64,000 bases of DNA from a bacterium. GTDB taxonomy: Bacteria > Cyanobacteriota > Vampirovibrionia > Gastranaerophilales > Gastranaerophilaceae. The position numbers and the translations under genes were made by a program. This document shows positions 58,646-64,000 of this stretch, piece after piece; position 1 is the first letter of the stretch, and every line of letters starts with the position of its first letter. Below the pieces are notes generated by a model. The model was not told the DNA's origin. It was given only the letters and a program-made list of their open reading frames with translations, and did no database searches. The DNA lies in contig JAKSUQ010000008.1 in assembly GCA_024408855.1 (NCBI GenBank), positions 3,072-67,071 on the forward strand. Direction: 5' to 3'.

Positions 58646-60415
58646 TTATTTTTCAAATAACTTTGCAATATCTTCTGCAGATTTTTCTTTATAATCAATT
58701 CTTGATGTTAATGGATGTTTGTAAATTGCTTTATTTATTGAATAATCTCCAATAATAACAGATGGAGGCATTATTGACCATTTATATAATGCGGATGACA
58801 TCCTTTTGAAAAATTTGTCAATCCATTCTTTTTTTTGTTCTTTTGTAATTTTTGTATGGGTTTCATACAGAAAATCTGACTTTAAAATTTCCGTATAAGT
58901 TTGTTTCTTGGTTTCAATTCTCCATATAATTTCGTCTAAAAATTCATATGGCATAAGTGCATCTTCTGCCAAAAGGGGTTTTCCTGTTTTAATATCGATG
59001 GCAAGTTCGGCTCCCGGTTTTTTAAGTATAATGTTTTCGGGAATTGCGTTCTTTTCATCTCTGTTTTTGTTTAGCCATTTCGCAAGAGCAAATAGCTTTG
59101 TTTTTGTAATGTCTGCTATTGGGGCATAGCCGCCGGACATATCTCCGTTAATTGTTGCATAGCCCATATATAATTCTGACTTATCAGAAGTTGCAATAGG
59201 GATGCAGGAGTCAAATTCATTACTTATTCCCCATAAATATACCGCTCTTGAACGTGCTTGAACATTGTCTTGAGTATACGATTTGTCGTAACGGCAATTC
59301 CATTTTGTTTCAATATCGGAGAACATCTTATTAAATATTGAATTTACCGTATTCACAACAGGCTTAATTTCATATTCAAAATAATTAATGTCCAAATTTT
59401 CGGCTAAATTTTTTGCATCTGATTTACTTTCATTTCCGGTTAATGCTGACGGCATTGAAATTCCTAAAACATTGTCTTTTCCAAGTGCATCTGTTAAAAG
59501 CACAGCACAAATTGAGGAATCTAAGCCTCCCGATAACCCTAAAACGGCTCTTTTTAAATTGTTTTTTGCAAAATAATCTCGAATACCTTTGATTAAAGTT
59601 TTGTATGTCCGTTCCAAATCGTACTCATAGTTTAATGAAAATTCACTTGTATTTTTGTAAGTTATGTTTATCAATTCTTTTTCAAAGCAATTATAAATAT
59701 CTGCTGATAAAATTTCTTCATCTGAGTTTGCGACTGCTATAAGTTTCCCTTTTTTGCTATAAATACAACTTTCGCCGTCAAAGAGAAAATTGTCGCTTAG
59801 TCCGGATTGGTTTATATGGGCAATTGCCAGATTGTATTTCATACTCAAATTCGACAAAATTTCATGTTTTTTATAGCTCGCAGCTTCTCCGGTTTTTAAT
59901 GATTTGCAGATGATAATGATATCTGTATTTGTAGTGTTGAATTTATTAATATTTTTTTCAATATTTTCAATATCTGAATTTAAAAACAAATATTTAGTTC
60001 CGTTTATTTCATAAGTATTATCAGAGCATAAGTTCATTGTATTTTGTTGAAGCGGAGATAAATTAATGATTTTTTCGATTTTTTTATTTCTAATGATTGC
60101 TAAAGAATTGTAATAAACAGTCTCATTGTTAATATTTTCTGTATTTACAAATCCGATAGCAACGGCTGTTTTTCCGGAATGTTTTGCTAATTCATTTATC
60201 CATTTTAAATTTTGTTGTACTAAAAAAGGGAAACGTGAAATTAAGTTTCCGATAGGGAGTCCAAATAGCGCTAATTCAGGAAAGATTATTATATCTGCTG
60301 ATTTTGAATTCTCTGACGACATAAATTCAAATATTTTTTTTGAATTTTGTTCATAATCACCGATTGTTGGGTTAATTTGAGCAAGACTAACTGTACAATG
60401 AAGTTTATTATTCAT
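58646..60415 (-). CDS. nadE: NAD+ synthetase with an N-terminal nitrilase-fold domain (degenerate)
   Basis: AQINPTIGD and FPEL at the N-terminus; synthetase VLGLSGGLDSS, DNVQAR, TSDKSE..MGYAT..GD, PGAEL. Confidence 0.9.
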   Translation of the reverse strand: MNNKLHCTVSLAQINPTIGDYEQNSKKIFEFMSSENSKSADIIIFPELALFGLPIGNLISRFPFLVQQNLKWINELAKHSGKTAVAIGFVNTENINNETVYYNSLAIIRNKKIEKIINLSPLQQNTMNLCSDNTYEINGTKYLFLNSDIENIEKNINKFNTTNTDIIIICKSLKTGEAASYKKHEILSNLSMKYNLAIAHINQSGLSDNFLFDGESCIYSKKGKLIAVANSDEEILSADIYNCFEKELINITYKNTSEFSLNYEYDLERTYKTLIKGIRDYFAKNNLKRAVLGLSGGLDSSICAVLLTDALGKDNVLGISMPSALTGNESKSDAKNLAENLDINYFEYEIKPVVNTVNSIFNKMFSDIETKWNCRYDKSYTQDNVQARSRAVYLWGISNEFDSCIPIATSDKSELYMGYATINGDMSGGYAPIADITKTKLFALAKWLNKNRDEKNAIPENIILKKPGAELAIDIKTGKPLLAEDALMPYEFLDEIIWRIETKKQTYTEILKSDFLYETHTKITKEQKKEWIDKFFKRMSSALYKWSIMPPSVIIGDYSINKAIYKHPLTSRIDYKEKSAEDIAKLFEK

Positions 60416-60464
60416 GTTTAAAATTTCTCCGACATTTGATGTTGCTTGCATTTTTTGCACTATC

Positions 60465-61499
60465 CTATTCTTTTGACAAAAGTTGAATTTTTTTATAAAG
60501 TTCTTTTATTTCATTTGTATAATTTTTCGGAACAACAATTTTAATTTTAGCATTCAAATCTCCAAAACCATTTGAAGTTTGTAAGCCAAGACCTTTTAAT
60601 CTTAAAGATTGTCCGCTGGATACATCGACCGGAATTTTTATGTTAATATCTCCGTGCAAAGTTTTGATTTTTTTAGAACAACCCAAAACGGCTTCCGGCG
60701 GCGTAATTTCAATATCTTTTGTCAAATTAGGGCCGTCTATCTCATATTCGCTGTCTTTAAAATTTATTACAAGGTACAAATCGCCCTTTTTACCGTTAAT
60801 TCCGGTTTTGCCTTCTCCTTTAAGTCTGACCTTTGAACCTTTTGTTACTTCTTTTGGAAGTTTTACATTAACAGTTTTTTGTTCGGAAACTATTCCTGTT
60901 CCACCGCAATGAGAACAATATCCGCCACCGTTACAATAACCGCATTTATCCATTAGAGTATAGGTTACTGAAATCGGTTTTTTATCAAAAATTTCTTTTG
61001 CTGTAACATTAAGGGTTTTTGTTATATCCAAATCTTCTTTAGAATTTTGTCTTGTCCCGGATGTGCGCGACCTGTTGGTTGTGTTTTGGGCAAAGTCAAA
61101 ACCGTCAAAACCTCCGAAACGGCTGTAAGTGCTGCCGGAAGCTCCTGCTCCGTTCATCATATCACCGAATAATGATGAAAAGAAATCCGAAAAACCACCA
61201 CCAAAACCAAAGCCTTCGCCACCGTTTTGGTTAAAACTGAAGTTTTCAAATCCGGGAGGAGGAGTATAATCCGCACCGCCTTGCCAATTTGCCCCCAAAC
61301 TGTCATATCTTTGGCGTTTTGTTTTATCTCCCAAAACTTCGTAGGCTTCATTGATATCTTTAAATTTTTCTTCTGCTTCTTTTGTTTTATTAACGTCAGG
61401 ATGAAACTTTCTTGCCAATTTTCTGTATGCGGATTTTATTTCGGTTTCAGTTGCATCTCTTTTTATACCAAGTGTTTCGTAATAATCTTTGTATTTCAT
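60465..61499 (-). CDS. DnaJ-class co-chaperone (CbpA-like) with a short Cys motif
   Basis: J domain with HPD, G/F-rich linker, [18 protein letters not shown]-terminal DnaJ_C. Confidence 0.88.
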   Translation of the reverse strand: MKYKDYYETLGIKRDATETEIKSAYRKLARKFHPDVNKTKEAEEKFKDINEAYEVLGDKTKRQRYDSLGANWQGGADYTPPPGFENFSFNQNGGEGFGFGGGFSDFFSSLFGDMMNGAGASGSTYSRFGGFDGFDFAQNTTNRSRTSGTRQNSKEDLDITKTLNVTAKEIFDKKPISVTYTLMDKCGYCNGGGYCSHCGGTGIVSEQKTVNVKLPKEVTKGSKVRLKGEGKTGINGKKGDLYLVINFKDSEYEIDGPNLTKDIEITPPEAVLGCSKKIKTLHGDINIKIPVDVSSGQSLRLKGLGLQTSNGFGDLNAKIKIVVPKNYTNEIKELYKKIQLLSKE

Positions 61500-61616
61500 T
61501 AATATTTTCCCTTACTTATTTTATACTAATACAAAAAACATAATTTCATCATAAATTTAATTATTTCTTAAACATTGACTTTTTGATTTTTAAAATTAAA
61601 CAGAGAAAAGAAAGGT

Positions 61617-62000
61617 ATGAATATGTTTTTAACAGATTTGTTTAATTTTAAAAAGAGATGTAACCATGAAAAAATTACTCCGGATATGGAATGTGGGTAT
61701 TGTCCGGATTGTGGTTGTTTTGTACAAAATGAATGGTATATTACGAGGTGTGCTTGTTGTGGTGTAAAACTAAAAACGGCTATTATTAAAGATGAAATTG
61801 TTCCGCAAAATCATTATTGTACAAATTGTGGGAACGATACTTACATTGTCGAAAAACTTGAAAAGATTAATTTTATTGATATAAATTTTGCAGTGTTGAA
61901 AAAAATTGTAACAAAGTCCGTTCAAAATTTACCAATGACTACGCAATGTTGGGAAGAAAGAAATATCTTGCAACCAAAACTGCCAATATTATCCCTGTAA
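61617..62000 (+). CDS. Cys-rich Zn-ribbon hypothetical protein
   Basis: CNH, CPDCG, CACCG, CTNCG motifs. Confidence 0.65.
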   Translation: MNMFLTDLFNFKKRCNHEKITPDMECGYCPDCGCFVQNEWYITRCACCGVKLKTAIIKDEIVPQNHYCTNCGNDTYIVEKLEKINFIDINFAVLKKIVTKSVQNLPMTTQCWEERNILQPKLPILSL

Positions 62001-62475
62001 TATCAGCAATGATACCGGCTAATATTGCATATCTGAATTTCTTAATTCCGATTGAACCAAAATAAACAGAAAGTACATAAAAAGTAGTTTCAGAACTTCC
62101 GACCATGACTGCTGCCATCATAGCTGCATATGATTCTGCTCCGTTTTTTGTTACAATTTCTGCGAATATTCCTAATGTTGCAGAACCGGACAGTGAACGA
62201 GTTATCATTATAGGAATGACATCAACTGGTATTGAAAGAGTATTTAACAAACTACTGAGTGTATTTGCAATTAAATCTATCGCTCCTGATGCTCTGAACA
62301 TTGATATCCCGACAATCAAAGCTACCAAATACGGAATTATAGATATAGCTACATTAAAACCGTCCTTAGCACCTTCTGTAAATTCTTCATATATCGGGAC
62401 TTTTTTGAGCATGCCGACAGTTAAAACAGTTATTATAAAAATTGGTAATATTAGCAGAGAAAGTTTTTCAAACAT
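61939..62475 (-). CDS. spmB: SpmB-like membrane protein (nucleoside recognition Gate domain)
   Basis: YEEFTEGAKDG, IIPYLV, FRASG, RSLSGS, GSSETTFYVL..YFG. Confidence 0.82.
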   Translation of the reverse strand: MFEKLSLLILPIFIITVLTVGMLKKVPIYEEFTEGAKDGFNVAISIIPYLVALIVGISMFRASGAIDLIANTLSSLLNTLSIPVDVIPIMITRSLSGSATLGIFAEIVTKNGAESYAAMMAAVMVGSSETTFYVLSVYFGSIGIKKFRYAILAGIIADITGIILAVLVARYFFLPNIA

Positions 62476-63065
62476 TATGCTTTCTCCTTTTTATTCCAAA
62501 TCTTGCACAGTATATAAGCCGATAAGATAGCGACAATAAATGAAATTGAAGTTACAATAAGAGTCGGCAAAATTATTTCTGTTGGATTTTTTGCTCCTGC
62601 ACCAACTAATATTGCAATAACAGTCGCAGGTATAATTTGAAATCCGGCAGTATTCATTGCGAGAAACATGCACATGCTGTCCGTTGCAATTTCCTTTTTC
62701 GGATTACTTTCTTGAAGCTCTTTCATTACTTTAATTCCGATAGGTGTTGCGGCATTTGTAAGACCTAATGCGTTGGCACTTATACTCATACATATGTCTC
62801 CGAGTGCAGGAGAATCTTCTTTTGTGTCTTTAAAAATTATTTTTGTAAACGGATGTAAAAGTCCGGATATTGTATTTACTAATCCGGACTTCTCGGCAAT
62901 TCTCATAAGTCCCAACCAAAATGCCATAATACCGATAAGTGAAAAAGCTATTTTTACGGATGTTTCACAGGCAGAAAATAATTCGCTCATTACTTTGTCA
63001 ATATTACCGTTAAAAATACCCAAAATTACTGATGATAAAATTAAAAAGAAAAATATGTAATTCAT
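62475..63065 (-). CDS. spmA: SpmA-like membrane protein
   Basis: FWLGLMRIAEKSGL, ANALGLTNAATPIGIK.M.ELQ, NTAGFQIIP. Confidence 0.85.
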   Translation of the reverse strand: MNYIFFFLILSSVILGIFNGNIDKVMSELFSACETSVKIAFSLIGIMAFWLGLMRIAEKSGLVNTISGLLHPFTKIIFKDTKEDSPALGDICMSISANALGLTNAATPIGIKVMKELQESNPKKEIATDSMCMFLAMNTAGFQIIPATVIAILVGAGAKNPTEIILPTLIVTSISFIVAILSAYILCKIWNKKEKA

Positions 63066-63165
63066 GACTACAATATTAAGAAAAAAAATAAAATTTGTCA
63101 CCATGTTTGTATTATTATATAATTAATATGTAGTAATATTAAGTAAGATGTGGGATAGTGAGAAA

Positions 63166-64000
63166 ATGACAGATACAGACGATTTGACAGTAATTAACGA
63201 GAATTTTGATACCATTAAAACTTTGTTGAATTCAATAAGAGCTCAAGGTATTTTGAATACTTCAGATGTTGATAAATTGTTGAACGGTATTAACTCAAAA
63301 CTTGAGAAAATTAATACAGACGAGGATATTGATATCATAAAGGTATTCTTATCTGAGTTGAAACAAAATCTTGATGAAAGGCATGGCGTAATTGTTTCTA
63401 AATTTGGAGCAATTGAATCATTATTTTCGAACTTGCTTAAAAATAGCAATGAACTTCCTAAATCGGATGATTTGAAAAAACTCTTTGATGTTGTTGCTAC
63501 AAATATATCTGTATTTTCTCGTGAAATTGTTTCTCAAAAAGAATCTCTTACTGACATTATGCTAAGAATAGATGCCATGCGTTCTGATGATACTGTAAAG
63601 AAAGATATAATTAAAAACATAGCACTTTTAAAACCGGACTTGGAGAGAGTTAGCAACGGTTTTGATACAATAGTGTTGAGTTTGAATGACAATTTTAAAA
63701 CTGTGGTTAAGACTATCACCTCTCTTGATAATCCGGAGTTAATTGAAAAACTTTCTGTTGGATTAAATGAAATGAAAATGTCCACAAACACCTTGTTGTC
63801 TGCGATTGATGTGATTGACAAGAAAGCAGATTCTATTGATGTATTAATAAAGGATTTGGTTACAAAATCTGATTTAATGGATACAGAAAAAGCTATTGGC
63901 GAAATTAAGGTGTTAAATCAAGATATTAGCAGTAATATTGTTGATATAAGCGACAGATACAATAAAATTGACAATTTAGCAGAAAAAATAGATGCGTCTG
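63166..64000 (+). CDS. Partial (3' truncated) large coiled-coil hypothetical protein
   Basis: MTDTDDLTVINENFDTIKTLLNSIRAQG... stays open to the window end; heptad-rich; absent from the track because no stop falls in the window. Confidence 0.7.
   Translation, partial: MTDTDDLTVINENFDTIKTLLNSIRAQGILNTSDVDKLLNGINSKLEKINTDEDIDIIKVFLSELKQNLDERHGVIVSKFGAIESLFSNLLKNSNELPKSDDLKKLFDVVATNISVFSREIVSQKESLTDIMLRIDAMRSDDTVKKDIIKNIALLKPDLERVSNGFDTIVLSLNDNFKTVVKTITSLDNPELIEKLSVGLNEMKMSTNTLLSAIDVIDKKADSIDVLIKDLVTKSDLMDTEKAIGEIKVLNQDISSNIVDISDRYNKIDNLAEKIDAS

Noticed and set aside
61939-63065. spmAB as evidence of sporulation
   Set aside because: The family is widespread in non-sporulators, no other sporulation genes are present, and LptF/G indicates a diderm envelope.

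Overview
AT-rich chromosomal window, most likely from a Melainabacteria/Vampirovibrionia (Gastranaerophilales-like) non-photosynthetic cyanobacterial relative. This is inferred from a stand-alone rpoB-rpoC1-rpoC2 operon with the cyanobacterial rpoC split. Flanks (1-32.2 kb and 50.7-64 kb) are housekeeping and envelope genes plus lineage-specific hypotheticals: heptose synthesis, murI, amidase, cysE/cysK, tyrS, dnaE, smpB, lptF/G, tadA, tag, wecB, rpsU, tRNA-Cys, dnaA, nadE, dnaJ-like, spmAB. The centre (about 32.2-50.65 kb) is a tandem array of two related integrative elements at tRNA-Arg(UCU), with the crossover in the 7-nt anticodon loop. Element A (about 16 kb) appears complete: tyrosine integrase, excisionase, AEP primase-helicase, a candidate iteron origin, and a defence-rich cargo. 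Element B is a 2.2 kb remnant with an N-terminally truncated integrase and a TIR gene. The strongest novelty candidate is the operon hsdR-hsdM-hsdS-abiH, in which HsdS is fused in frame to an ImmA/IrrE-type HEXXH metallopeptidase. Other notable points are a swappable defence-gene slot between att and int (TIR vs GIY-YIG), a chimeric tRNA with a duplicated 5' half, and a NAD synthetase whose glutaminase domain has lost its catalytic residues. All protein family calls are from motif recognition, not database searches.
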